DNA of 64,000 nt, from NCBI GenBank assembly GCA_965652295.1, contig CBFGTS010000001.1:480001-544000 (forward strand). Direction: 5' to 3'. The position numbers and the translations under genes are program-made. Positions 36,101-45,384 of the stretch are shown piece by piece; within the stretch, counting starts at the first letter, position 1; every line of letters begins with the position of its first letter. The stretch is from an uncultured Haloferula sp. (GTDB taxonomy: Bacteria > Verrucomicrobiota > Verrucomicrobiia > Verrucomicrobiales > Akkermansiaceae). The notes beneath the pieces were generated by a model that did no database searches, had not been told where the DNA came from, and was given only the letters and a program-made list of their open reading frames with translations.

Positions 36101-36125
36101 GGTCAATGGACCCGATCGGGCTCAT
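36101..36125 (-). promoter_or_regulatory. Palindromic regulator box abutting TTGACC, upstream of the PATR gene
   Basis: GGTCAATGGACCCGATCGGGCTCAT; the first 17 bp are identical to 37174-37190. Confidence 0.7.
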
Positions 36126-36358
36126 CGGGGCTCCGGGCCGGGTCGCGAAAGAAAAAGGGTTCCATCAATTCTCCAGTGGTTCAGGTCGGAAGCGCGGTCC
36201 GAAAGTTTCAAGGTCGAAGGTCGAAAGTCCCTTGGTTCCTGCCGGGACGGTATTTCGGTGTCTTGGCGGCATGAAACCGATCTGGCAGAGAAGCATAAAA
36301 AAGCCGCAGACCCCTGGAAGGAGTGCTGCGGCTGAAATCGAAAGGTTCCGCGGTTCGT

Positions 36359-37081
36359 TCAGTAGCGGCGCCGGCGGACGAGCAGCAGGCCACCGATGCT
36401 GGCAAGCGATATGACGACGGCACCCGGTTCGGGCACGACGGTCGCGTCGAGCCTGAAGTTGTCCAAGCTGGCCTGGATCGTGCCGTCACCGGTATAGCTG
36501 GCTCCGACGAACAGATTGTCGCTGACGCTGGAGCCGGTCGTGAAGGTGACGACGAAGTCCTGGAAGGAGCCCGCCACGGCCGAGACGCCGGTTGTCGAGT
36601 CGAGGGTGGCGAGGAGCGTCGGGTCGGTCGTTCCCGAGGTGCCGTTGTAGAGCGAAATCGCGGTCGAGCCGTTCGTCCGGTCGAGCCTTTGCCCCAGCGC
36701 GACAGTGAGGGTGTAGGTGGTGTTCGCTTGGAGGCTTCCGACATCCTGGAAGATGTGGACGGTGCCTCCGTTGATGGATTGGTTCAGCCAGGCAATGTTC
36801 GTGCCATCGGCTCCGAGCGGGGTGCTTGATCCGGCAGCGTTGGTGTATTGGCCGCTTCCGGGGTTCTCGATTCCGAAGTCCTGGAAGCCGCCTCCTGTCT
36901 GGATGACATAGGACCAGCCGTTGAAGGTCCCGCTCGGTTTGGTGGCGGCGAGGCTGAACGTGTTGTCGCTTCCGATCGCGGGGGTTTCGAAACTGTGGTT
37001 GGTGATCGCCACGCTGGCGGCTTGAGCGGAGGACGCCAAGGCGAGCGCCAGGCTGATGACGGTGGGGAAGGATGGTTTCAT
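36359..37081 (-). CDS. PEP-CTERM protein with a putative carbohydrate-binding beta-sandwich
   Basis: Signal peptide; NHSFETP...LQANTTYTLTV...LDNFRL; C-terminus VPEPGAVVISLASIGGLLLVRRRRY. Confidence 0.9.
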   Translation of the reverse strand: MKPSFPTVISLALALASSAQAASVAITNHSFETPAIGSDNTFSLAATKPSGTFNGWSYVIQTGGGFQDFGIENPGSGQYTNAAGSSTPLGADGTNIAWLNQSINGGTVHIFQDVGSLQANTTYTLTVALGQRLDRTNGSTAISLYNGTSGTTDPTLLATLDSTTGVSAVAGSFQDFVVTFTTGSSVSDNLFVGASYTGDGTIQASLDNFRLDATVVPEPGAVVISLASIGGLLLVRRRRY

Positions 37082-37173
37082 GGGGATGATATGGGTTGCG
37101 GTAGGATGATGACGACCCATTCTGGAGGGACGGCATCATCAGCACCGTAACTGCATCACCGACCATGCGGCGC

Positions 37174-37198
37174 GGTCAATGGACCCGATCAGGCCTAT
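37174..37198 (-). promoter_or_regulatory. Second copy of the palindromic box, upstream of the PEP-CTERM gene
   Basis: GGTCAATGGACCCGATCAGGCCTAT; ATCACCG lies 12 nt away, at the same spacing as in the 36101 copy. Confidence 0.7.
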
Positions 37199-37207
37199 CT
37201 CCTGTCC

Positions 37208-37900
37208 TCAGTTCCCGAAGAACTTCGCCACCGCCTCGGTGCCGGACCTGACCTGGAGCTTCCGGTAAATCCCGCGGAGCCGATTGTGCACGGTATGCGG
37301 ACTGAGGTTCAATCGGTCCGCGATCTCCTTGTAAACGAGGCCTTTGGCGAGCAGGCCGAGGATTTCTTCTTCCCTGTGGGTGAGCGAGGCATGAGTGGGG
37401 ACCCGGGTCCGGTGGAAGTGCGAAACCACACGGCGGGCGATCTCCATGGACATGGGAGATCCGCCGCGGACCGTGTCGTGGATGGCACGGATCAGTTCCT
37501 CGGGAGCGGATCGTTTCAGGAGGTAGCCGCAGGCCCCGGAACGCAGCGCGTCGAAGATCAGTTCGGTGTCGTCATAGGTCGTGAGCATGACGAACTCGGT
37601 GTCGGGCATCGATGGCTTGAGCTGCGCGACGCATTCGATCCCGCTCTTCTCCGGCAGGTTGATGTCCATCAGGACGATGTCCGGCCGGAGTTCGGGAATC
37701 CGTTCCAGTGCCTCCGCACCATCGGTGCAGACGCCGGCGCACTCGATGCCGGAAGCGAGGTCGAGCAGCTTGGCGAACGTTTCCCTCGTCGCACGATGAT
37801 CCTCGACCAGACAGACGCGGATCACATCGGGGCTCGGACGTTGGAGTTCCTTCTCTTCCATGTCTCCGGTCATTGTCGCTGTGGTTTTTGCCGTTTTCAA
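37208..37900 (-). CDS. NarL/LuxR-family response regulator (true start possibly 37861-37873)
   Basis: LVEDH, DIVLMDINLP, GACGYLLK, and LTHREEEIL..LAKGL.YKEIA HTH. Confidence 0.92.
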   Translation of the reverse strand: MKTAKTTATMTGDMEEKELQRPSPDVIRVCLVEDHRATRETFAKLLDLASGIECAGVCTDGAEALERIPELRPDIVLMDINLPEKSGIECVAQLKPSMPDTEFVMLTTYDDTELIFDALRSGACGYLLKRSAPEELIRAIHDTVRGGSPMSMEIARRVVSHFHRTRVPTHASLTHREEEILGLLAKGLVYKEIADRLNLSPHTVHNRLRGIYRKLQVRSGTEAVAKFFGN

Positions 37901-37903
37901 TGT

Positions 37904-40900
37904 TCATCCCTGCCGGTTCCGGGACGGTCGGGCGAGCGGCAGTTTGAGCGCCACTCGCCCTCCCGGAGGGCCGGGTTGATGGAAGTCCACGCTGCCGCCG
38001 ATTGCGGCCACGCGCTCGCGTATGTTTCGCAATCCGTCCGATCCGGGCCCGGCGGAATCTTCTGAAAAACCCGTGCCGTTGTCCTCGATGACGACTTCCA
38101 GCGCGCCACCGACGATTGCGACGTGGAGGGCGATCCGATGGCCGCGCGAATGTTTCACCGCATTGTTGAGCGCTTCCTTTACGACCAGCAGGAGGTGGTG
38201 GCGGACATCGGCGGCGAGCGGAAGGTCCGGGATGTCCTGCGGCAGATCGAGTTCGCACTCGCATTCCGTGGAGGAAATGAAGCGCAGCGCGTATTTCCCG
38301 AGATATTCGACCGTCCCCGCAAGGCTGTCGTAGCGCGGGTTCACCGCCCACACGATCTCATCGAGTGTGTCCACGGTCCGCCGCGCGATGTTCGCGATGT
38401 CGTGGAAGTGCGCCGGCGCGGCCGCGGGCTCATCGAGTTGTCCGACACGACTGGTGGCGGCGATGTGGGTGAGCTGGGCTCCAAGTTCATCGTGCATGTC
38501 GCGGGCAATGCGCGTTCGCTCGCGCTCGACCGCGCGCTCTTGCCGCAGCCGGCGGATCTTCGCCCGTGCCTTCAGCATGACGATCCTCCAAACCGCAGCG
38601 GCCAGGGCGAGCAACAGCGCGATTTTGAAATAGAGCGTCTGCCACCACATCGGCCTCACCGTGAAATCCAACGTTGCGGTTTCCGGCTGCCACGGATCGC
38701 TGCCCCGCGCGGCCGCCACTTCGAACCGGTAGTGGCCTGGTCCCAGTTCGGTGAAGGTCGCTTCGCGGTCCGCGCCCACCATGTTCCAATCGCCGGAGTT
38801 CCCATTGCCCAGCCTGTAGCGGAAACGTACCTTCTCGGGCGCGGCGAGATCCGGCAGAGTGTACCGAATCCGAAGCAAGCCGGGATCTGGCGGCAGCTCC
38901 AGTGCGTCCGTTCGGTTCCGGTTCCCGATGGACTTGTCCAGGCGGACGTCTTCGATGAGGACCTTGCGGGGTCCGCCGCTTGGCTCACGTGCTGCCGGTC
39001 GGGCTTCGAGGAGGCCTCCATTGGTCGCGAACCACAAATGGCCGTCGGCCGTTTTCACGACTCCGCCCTGTCCTGCCAGAGCGAACTCAAGATTCGGCAC
39101 GCCTTCGTTGGACCCATGGTGTTCCGCGGCGATCTCCGGTTCCTCTCCCGCCAAGCGTCGCTCGATTTCGCGCCTGGTGGTGCTGAAGAGCCCCTGCGCG
39201 GTGCCGATCCAGAACTCGTCATCCGCGGGCGCACCCTCTTCAACCGGCTGGATGAAAAGTGAACGGATCTCGGCGAGCGGCAGACCCGGATCGGTCGGAA
39301 GCCGGACCGCTTCACCGTCACGCCAGCGGTAGAGTCCGCCTAACAACGTGCCGATCCAGACGTCGTCTCCGTCAGGAACGATGAACCTGACGATCCAATC
39401 CAGCTCGGAATCCGGCAGTGCCACCGGTGTTTGTCGGCCGTCCTTGGAAAAGAAAACCCGGCCGTCCCGCGTGCCGAACCAGATGCGTCCGGAGGCGTCC
39501 TTGGCGAGCGCTCTCACATCCATCTCGCCGCTGTTTTCCGAAAACCGCTCGTAGCCGTCCGGCCCGCGGCGCAAGACACCATCGCGAGCCGTCGCGACCC
39601 ATAGCCCGCCCTGGGGATCCGCCAGCAGCGCCCGCACTTCGGCATGCGCGGGCTCCGCGGAAAGGACGCCGTCCTTCCAGCGCAGCAGCCCCGTGGAGGT
39701 TCCGATCCATACGCCTCCGGTCGGATCCGCGATTACCACCCGCGCCGGATCCCGTGACTGCCAACCGGGGGGAACCTCGAATCGGTCTCCGCGCGTGTTT
39801 TCCTGCACTGCGGGCACGCCGTATTTGTTCACCCACCAAAGTTTCCCGTCGCCATCAGCGGCGAGCGAAACCAAGCCGGGATCGTCCATTCCGGCCAACT
39901 CGGGCCCGTGCAGGAAAAACCGGCGTGGTGTCAGGCGGTTCAGCCCGCCGCCCCATGTGCCGACCCAGAGCATGCCCTGATCGTCTTCGGCCAAGGCCGA
40001 AATGGCGCCCATGAACGTGGGCACCCTTTGCAAGGTCCCATTTCGAAAGTGAAACAAGCCGGCCGAACGCGTGCCCATCCATAGACCGCCGTCACGATCT
40101 TCGAGCAGGCAGTTGGTGGCATTCGGCACCTCGACGTGGAGAGCCGCCGAAACGGCGCCATCGTCGGCATACGCGAGGACTCTCGTTCCGCTGATCGCCC
40201 AGACGCCTCCGGCCGCCCGTGTGGCGATCTGTTTTTCTCCCGGGCCGGTGTCTTCCACGGCGACGAACGCTTTGCCATCGAACCTGGCGATCCCCGCGCT
40301 CGTGCAGCACCAGATCGTGCCCTCGCCGGACGAGCAAACGAGCACCCGCCCGCCGGGCGGAACTCCTTCCGCTTCCGCGTAGCTGGTGACGACTCCCTCA
40401 TTGACCCGGAAAACCCGTGCTTCCGTTCCCGATCCAAACCAGACGTCGCCCGCGCCGTCCTCGGCGAAGGAGGAGGACCACGACGCGCTCGTCGGGCGCG
40501 GCTGCACCGGAAGGATCGGGCGCACCGCTCCCTGATGATCCCGGCGGGCCATTCCGCCCTGGTCCAGTCCCAGCCAGAGCGAGCCGTCGCTCGCGGCAAA
40601 CACCGGAGAAACCCACGGCGACGGCAGCCCGGGCACCTCCCTTTTACCCATCAACTGGAATCGCACGCCATCGAAGCGCAGCAAGCCGCTGAAGGTGGTG
40701 AGCCAGAGGTAACCGTCGTCGGTTCTCGTGATACTGCTTACATGGTGATCCGGCATCCCATCCTCCAGCTCCCACGCCCGCAGGACGTAGTCGTTCGAAA
40801 CCGTCGGACCTTCCTGCGCCCGGGCGATGCCGAAAGCGCCGGCGCCGACCAGGACACCCGCAAGCACGACGGCGGCAGCCCGCAGGCTCTGAGCAGGAAG

Positions 40901-40978
40901 CCGTTGGAGATTCCTCAAGATGTTGGAATCCTCGCCCGGAACCCACCACCGGAGCAAGCGCTCCCTCCGCCGCGGCAT
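37904..40978 (-). CDS. Sensor histidine kinase with beta-propeller (Reg_prop) and Y_Y_Y domains, HisKA_3 type; start uncertain
   Basis: Repeated D..G.LW.GT..GL blades, RFRYRL...LGPGHYRFEV, one TM segment, RIARDMHDELG, EALNNAVKH and DNGTGF. Confidence 0.92.
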   Translation of the reverse strand: MPRRRERLLRWWVPGEDSNILRNLQRLPAQSLRAAAVVLAGVLVGAGAFGIARAQEGPTVSNDYVLRAWELEDGMPDHHVSSITRTDDGYLWLTTFSGLLRFDGVRFQLMGKREVPGLPSPWVSPVFAASDGSLWLGLDQGGMARRDHQGAVRPILPVQPRPTSASWSSSFAEDGAGDVWFGSGTEARVFRVNEGVVTSYAEAEGVPPGGRVLVCSSGEGTIWCCTSAGIARFDGKAFVAVEDTGPGEKQIATRAAGGVWAISGTRVLAYADDGAVSAALHVEVPNATNCLLEDRDGGLWMGTRSAGLFHFRNGTLQRVPTFMGAISALAEDDQGMLWVGTWGGGLNRLTPRRFFLHGPELAGMDDPGLVSLAADGDGKLWWVNKYGVPAVQENTRGDRFEVPPGWQSRDPARVVIADPTGGVWIGTSTGLLRWKDGVLSAEPAHAEVRALLADPQGGLWVATARDGVLRRGPDGYERFSENSGEMDVRALAKDASGRIWFGTRDGRVFFSKDGRQTPVALPDSELDWIVRFIVPDGDDVWIGTLLGGLYRWRDGEAVRLPTDPGLPLAEIRSLFIQPVEEGAPADDEFWIGTAQGLFSTTRREIERRLAGEEPEIAAEHHGSNEGVPNLEFALAGQGGVVKTADGHLWFATNGGLLEARPAAREPSGGPRKVLIEDVRLDKSIGNRNRTDALELPPDPGLLRIRYTLPDLAAPEKVRFRYRLGNGNSGDWNMVGADREATFTELGPGHYRFEVAAARGSDPWQPETATLDFTVRPMWWQTLYFKIALLLALAAAVWRIVMLKARAKIRRLRQERAVERERTRIARDMHDELGAQLTHIAATSRVGQLDEPAAAPAHFHDIANIARRTVDTLDEIVWAVNPRYDSLAGTVEYLGKYALRFISSTECECELDLPQDIPDLPLAADVRHHLLLVVKEALNNAVKHSRGHRIALHVAIVGGALEVVIEDNGTGFSEDSAGPGSDGLRNIRERVAAIGGSVDFHQPGPPGGRVALKLPLARPSRNRQG

Positions 40979-41024
40979 GGACCCGTACGGGTCCCTTGCG
41001 GCCGTTTTTTCATCCGTCTACGTT
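40977..41024 (+). promoter_or_regulatory. Third palindromic box followed by a sigma70-like promoter for the GH78 gene
   Basis: ATGGACCCGTACGGGTCCC (perfect core GGACCCG-TA-CGGGTCC), then TTGCGG-N17-TACGTT. Confidence 0.65.
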
Positions 41025-41079
41025 GGGAACTGTCTCCGGCTCGATTTCCGCGCCGTTTCCTGCTTTTTTCGATCAACCC

Positions 41080-44000
41080 ATGTACCTCCCTTTCGTCCTG
41101 TCCCGCGCGACGTGGAAAAAACCTCCCGCCCGATGGGGGGCGGCTTGTGGCTTTGCTGTCATCCTCGCCAGCCAGCCGGCCGCAGCCGAACTCGCGGTGG
41201 AACACCTGACCACCAACGGCCGCGAGAACCCGCTCGGGATCGCTGCCGACGATCTGTCCTTCTCCTGGGCTTCGGTTTCCCAAGAGCGCGGGGTGGTCCA
41301 GCAGGCGTACCAGATCCGGGTCGGAACCTCGGCCGGTGCCGCGAATGTCTGGGACTCCGGCCAGATGACGTCCTCACGGCAGGTGGATGTCGTGCTCCCG
41401 CCGGACATCGAGCTGTCGCCCGCGACCCGCTATTACTGGCAGGTGCGGGTATGGGATGGCGATGCGCAGGCGAGCGAGTGGAGTGAACCCGCGTGGTTCG
41501 AAACCGGCATGCTCGCGGAGGGCGATTGGAGCGGAGCCGAATGGATCGCCCGGCAGGTGGGAAGTCCGGACATCGACGAGTGGGACGACTACACCGCGAC
41601 GGTCCGTTTTACCCTAACGAACGAAGCATTCGGGGTCTTCCTCCGCTGTTCGGCGGACGGACGCGATGCCTATATGATGCAGGTCAACGTCACCGGCGGT
41701 GCTCCGGTGTTCAAACCCCACAAGCGGGTCAACGGTGCCTACACCCTGCTGGACACCATCAACCTCTCCGGCTTCGGGCACACGAATGCCTCGCTGACGG
41801 GATCGACCCACATCCTTCAGTTCCACGTTTCGGGCGGCAGCATCGTCACGAAGCTGGACGGCGACACGATCGACACCCGCTCCGGCGTCTCGTTTCCGAA
41901 AGGATTCGTCGGGTTCCGGACCTTCGGCTCGGAGGCGGGCGCGGTGGAACGGGTGCAAGTGGTGGACGAGGCGAGCGGCGAAATCATGATCGACCGCGAT
42001 TTCTCAGCCGGCGTCGAGAATGGATTCAGCGCCGGCGTGGTGCGCGACGGAGCCCTTCAGATCTCCGGGGACACGGATTCGATTTTCGCCAACGTCCCGC
42101 CGTCGCTTCCCCTGCTGCGGGGGAAATTCACGGCCCGCGACGATATCGCGTCGGTGCGGCTCTACGCATCGGCGCTCGGTCTTTACGAGATCTCGGTCAA
42201 TGGAGCGAAAGCTGGCGACCAGTTTCTGGCTCCCGGCTGGACCGACTACGAGCGAAGGATCCAGGCGCAGACCTACGACATCACGAATCTGGTCCAGCCG
42301 GGAGAGAACGTGATCGGGGTCGCTCTGGCGGACGGATGGTATCGCGGTGCCGTCGGGCTCGGATGGACGCGGGTCTACGGCGACCAGCTCGCCTTCGTCG
42401 CCAAGGTCAAGGTCACCTATGACGACGGTTCCTCCGAGTGGTTCGCGACCGGCCCATCGTGGAAAGCAAGTTATGGTCCCTACGTTCAAGGCGACCTTCA
42501 GGACGGAGAGGTTTACCACGCCGGCCTCAAGCGTTCCGGATGGGACACGACGGCTTTCGACGACACGGATTGGTCGTCTGTCGTGGTGGTAGCGAATGCT
42601 TCCGCCAGGCTCGTACCGCAGCCGGATGAACCGGTCCGGGAAGTGGCGTTGTTGACGGCGGTGTCGCGCGTCGAGATCCAGCCGGGGACGTGGATCTACG
42701 ATCTCGGACAGAACATGGTCGGCGTTCCGCGCATGGTCCTCAGTGGCGAGGATGGGGAAACGGCGACGATCCGCCATGCGGAGGAACTCTACCGGACCGG
42801 CTCCCGAGCGGGGCAGATCTACACCGCGAATCTTCGCTCGGCCGACGCCACCGACATCTACACCTTCGCGACGACCGGGACGGTGACGTATCAGCCGAAG
42901 TTCACCCAGCACGGGTTCCGCTACATCGAGATCAGCGGCTTGGCCTCGCCTCCGGCCGCGAGCGACGTACACGGCGTCGTTCTTTCCTCCGACCTGCCAT
43001 CTACCGGAGATTTGGAAACCTCCCATGAAATGCTCAACCAGCTGGTGAGCAACATCCGCTGGGGGCAGCGTGGCAACTTTCTCTCCATCCCGACCGACAC
43101 CCCGGCCCGCGACGAGCGCCTGGGGTGGACGGGCGACATCAACGTCTTTTCGCCGACGGCCGCCCGCCTTGGCGACACGCGGGCGTTCCTTTCCAAATGG
43201 ATGAATGACGTGCGCGACGTCCAGCGGGCCGATGGGAACCTGCCCGCCGTGGTGCCGCAGCCGGACGGTCAGTTCAACGACACGGGCGTTGGCTGGTCCG
43301 ATGCCGTCATCACGATCCCCTACTCCGTCTGGAAGGCCACCGGTGACGAGCGGATCGTCCGCGGGAACTGGGATGTCATGAAACGGTTCTACGCGTTCGT
43401 CCACCACAGCGCGACGGGTGACGGCGATCTGCTGGAACAGGGTCGGAGCACCTGGTTTTCGGGCGATTGGTTGTCTCTTGAATCGGGCTGGAACCGGCTG
43501 GAAGAGCACAAGGTGATTGCGACCGCCTACTTTGCCGAAAACACGCGCATGATGTCCGAAATGGCGGAGGTCATGGGGGAAGCCGATCTTGCGCAGGAGT
43601 GGGCGGCATTGGTGCCTCAGATCCGGGAGGCCTTTGTGGCGGCTTACCGCAGCGGAGATGGTTCGATCTATCAGGGAACCCAAACCGCCTACGCCCTGGC
43701 CCTCGGCTGGGACATGATCGCCGATCCCGAACAACGCCGGCAGACGGGTCGGAAATTTGTCGAGAAGCTGGCGTCGGATGGCGATCACCTGCGGACCGGC
43801 TTTCTCGGCACCCCGTGGCTGTTGCCGGCCCTGTCCAAGATCGGTCGCGATGATCTCGCGATGACGCTGTTGCTCAACGAGGACTATCCGTCGTGGGGAT
43901 TTCCCATCTCGATGGGAGCGACCACGATGTGGGAAAGGTGGAACTCGATCCAGCCGGATGGCTCGTTCGGTCCGGTGGACATGAACTCGTTCAATCACTA

Positions 44001-45372
44001 CGCCTACGGGGCGGTGGGGGATTGGATGTTCGGGCACATCGCCGGCATCCGGAAGATGGAGGTGGGATACAAGACGATGCGGATCGATCCCCTGATCGGC
44101 GCCGGCGGTTTGACCAACGCGCGGTGCAGCCAGCGGACGCCGTTCGGCAGGATTTCGGTCGAGTGGAACGTGGCGGAATCAGGCAACCGGCTCCAGCTGG
44201 AGATCCCGGCCAACACGACGGCGGAGGTCCACCTCCCCCGAAGCGCGGGTGCCGGAGTGTCCGAGGGAACGGGTCCGGCGGAGTCAGCTGCGGGCGTCCA
44301 ACTCCTCCGCACGCAAGGCGACACCGCGGTGTATGCGGTGGATTCCGGCACTTACGACTTCACCTGGATCCCGGTTCTGGCGGCTCCGGCATCTCTGGAC
44401 GCGGTGGCGGAAACGGACCGGGTGAATCTGACGTGGGCGGCGGTGGACGGCGCGACGGGTTACCGGCTTCTTCGATCGACCGTGAGCGGCGGGCCCTATA
44501 CTCCGATCGGCGGCGACCTGACCTCGCCGGGGTTCTCCGACAGCAACGTGGTCAAAGGAAGATCCTACTTTTATGTGGTTCGCGCGTTCAACGCCGCGAC
44601 GGAAGGCGCCAACAGCGACGAAGTTTCGGTGCAGGTGGCGCTCGCCCTCAACGGAGGCTTCGAGGATCCGCCGACGGGAGGCTACGTCTATCAGCCTGTC
44701 AGCGGAGACTGGCAGTTCGATTCACAGTCGGGAGTCGCCGCCGACGGGAGTCTTTTCACGGACGCCAATCCGGACGCTCCGGAAGGCATGCAGGTGACCT
44801 TTCTTCAAAGAACCGGCACGGTCCGCCAAACTCTCATCGGGCTCATCCCGGAGATGGCCTATGAAGTCGTTTTCCAAGCCGCGCAGCGTGCGGAGGGCTC
44901 GGCCTGGAATGCGGTGGGGCAGACGTGGGAGGTCCGGCTCGACGAGAGCGTGCTCGGCGCCTTCGGTCCCGACGAAAGTGGAACCGCCTACGCCGAATAC
45001 CGGCTGCCCTTCACGGCGACGGCCGGCCAGCACGAGTTGGTTTTTGCCGGGACCAATCTTCTTGGAGGAGACAATACGGTCTTTCTCGATGGCGTGGAAG
45101 TCGTTCCGGTGGTCGTTCCGGTGGGTGACAAGGAGCGGCGTGCGCCATTCGCCGAATGGATGCCGGATGGCGAGGCCGGGCCCGGGCTCCGTCTCACTGT
45201 TCGCGACACGGTGCCGGGCTACGAGTATGTCTTGCAGGCGAATGCGGATCTTCAACCGGAGGGCTGGTGGTCCGTTTCCCAGCCGAGGATCGGCGATGGG
45301 GGAGATATGATCTTCTCGGCCCCGTCCGTGGCGGCGCTCCGGCAGTTCTTCCGGATCATGATCTGGAACTGA
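41080..45372 (+). CDS. Secreted GH78 alpha-L-rhamnosidase with an inserted beta-sandwich, FN3, a carbohydrate-binding-like module and a C-terminal sorting-like domain
   Basis: LAPGWTDY, DLGQNMVG, FTQHGFRY, IPTDTPARDERLGWTGD, GATTMWERWN and MNSFNHYAYG. Confidence 0.92.
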   Translation: MYLPFVLSRATWKKPPARWGAACGFAVILASQPAAAELAVEHLTTNGRENPLGIAADDLSFSWASVSQERGVVQQAYQIRVGTSAGAANVWDSGQMTSSRQVDVVLPPDIELSPATRYYWQVRVWDGDAQASEWSEPAWFETGMLAEGDWSGAEWIARQVGSPDIDEWDDYTATVRFTLTNEAFGVFLRCSADGRDAYMMQVNVTGGAPVFKPHKRVNGAYTLLDTINLSGFGHTNASLTGSTHILQFHVSGGSIVTKLDGDTIDTRSGVSFPKGFVGFRTFGSEAGAVERVQVVDEASGEIMIDRDFSAGVENGFSAGVVRDGALQISGDTDSIFANVPPSLPLLRGKFTARDDIASVRLYASALGLYEISVNGAKAGDQFLAPGWTDYERRIQAQTYDITNLVQPGENVIGVALADGWYRGAVGLGWTRVYGDQLAFVAKVKVTYDDGSSEWFATGPSWKASYGPYVQGDLQDGEVYHAGLKRSGWDTTAFDDTDWSSVVVVANASARLVPQPDEPVREVALLTAVSRVEIQPGTWIYDLGQNMVGVPRMVLSGEDGETATIRHAEELYRTGSRAGQIYTANLRSADATDIYTFATTGTVTYQPKFTQHGFRYIEISGLASPPAASDVHGVVLSSDLPSTGDLETSHEMLNQLVSNIRWGQRGNFLSIPTDTPARDERLGWTGDINVFSPTAARLGDTRAFLSKWMNDVRDVQRADGNLPAVVPQPDGQFNDTGVGWSDAVITIPYSVWKATGDERIVRGNWDVMKRFYAFVHHSATGDGDLLEQGRSTWFSGDWLSLESGWNRLEEHKVIATAYFAENTRMMSEMAEVMGEADLAQEWAALVPQIREAFVAAYRSGDGSIYQGTQTAYALALGWDMIADPEQRRQTGRKFVEKLASDGDHLRTGFLGTPWLLPALSKIGRDDLAMTLLLNEDYPSWGFPISMGATTMWERWNSIQPDGSFGPVDMNSFNHYAYGAVGDWMFGHIAGIRKMEVGYKTMRIDPLIGAGGLTNARCSQRTPFGRISVEWNVAESGNRLQLEIPANTTAEVHLPRSAGAGVSEGTGPAESAAGVQLLRTQGDTAVYAVDSGTYDFTWIPVLAAPASLDAVAETDRVNLTWAAVDGATGYRLLRSTVSGGPYTPIGGDLTSPGFSDSNVVKGRSYFYVVRAFNAATEGANSDEVSVQVALALNGGFEDPPTGGYVYQPVSGDWQFDSQSGVAADGSLFTDANPDAPEGMQVTFLQRTGTVRQTLIGLIPEMAYEVVFQAAQRAEGSAWNAVGQTWEVRLDESVLGAFGPDESGTAYAEYRLPFTATAGQHELVFAGTNLLGGDNTVFLDGVEVVPVVVPVGDKERRAPFAEWMPDGEAGPGLRLTVRDTVPGYEYVLQANADLQPEGWWSVSQPRIGDGGDMIFSAPSVAALRQFFRIMIWN

Positions 45373-45384
45373 GGCTTTGGTAGC

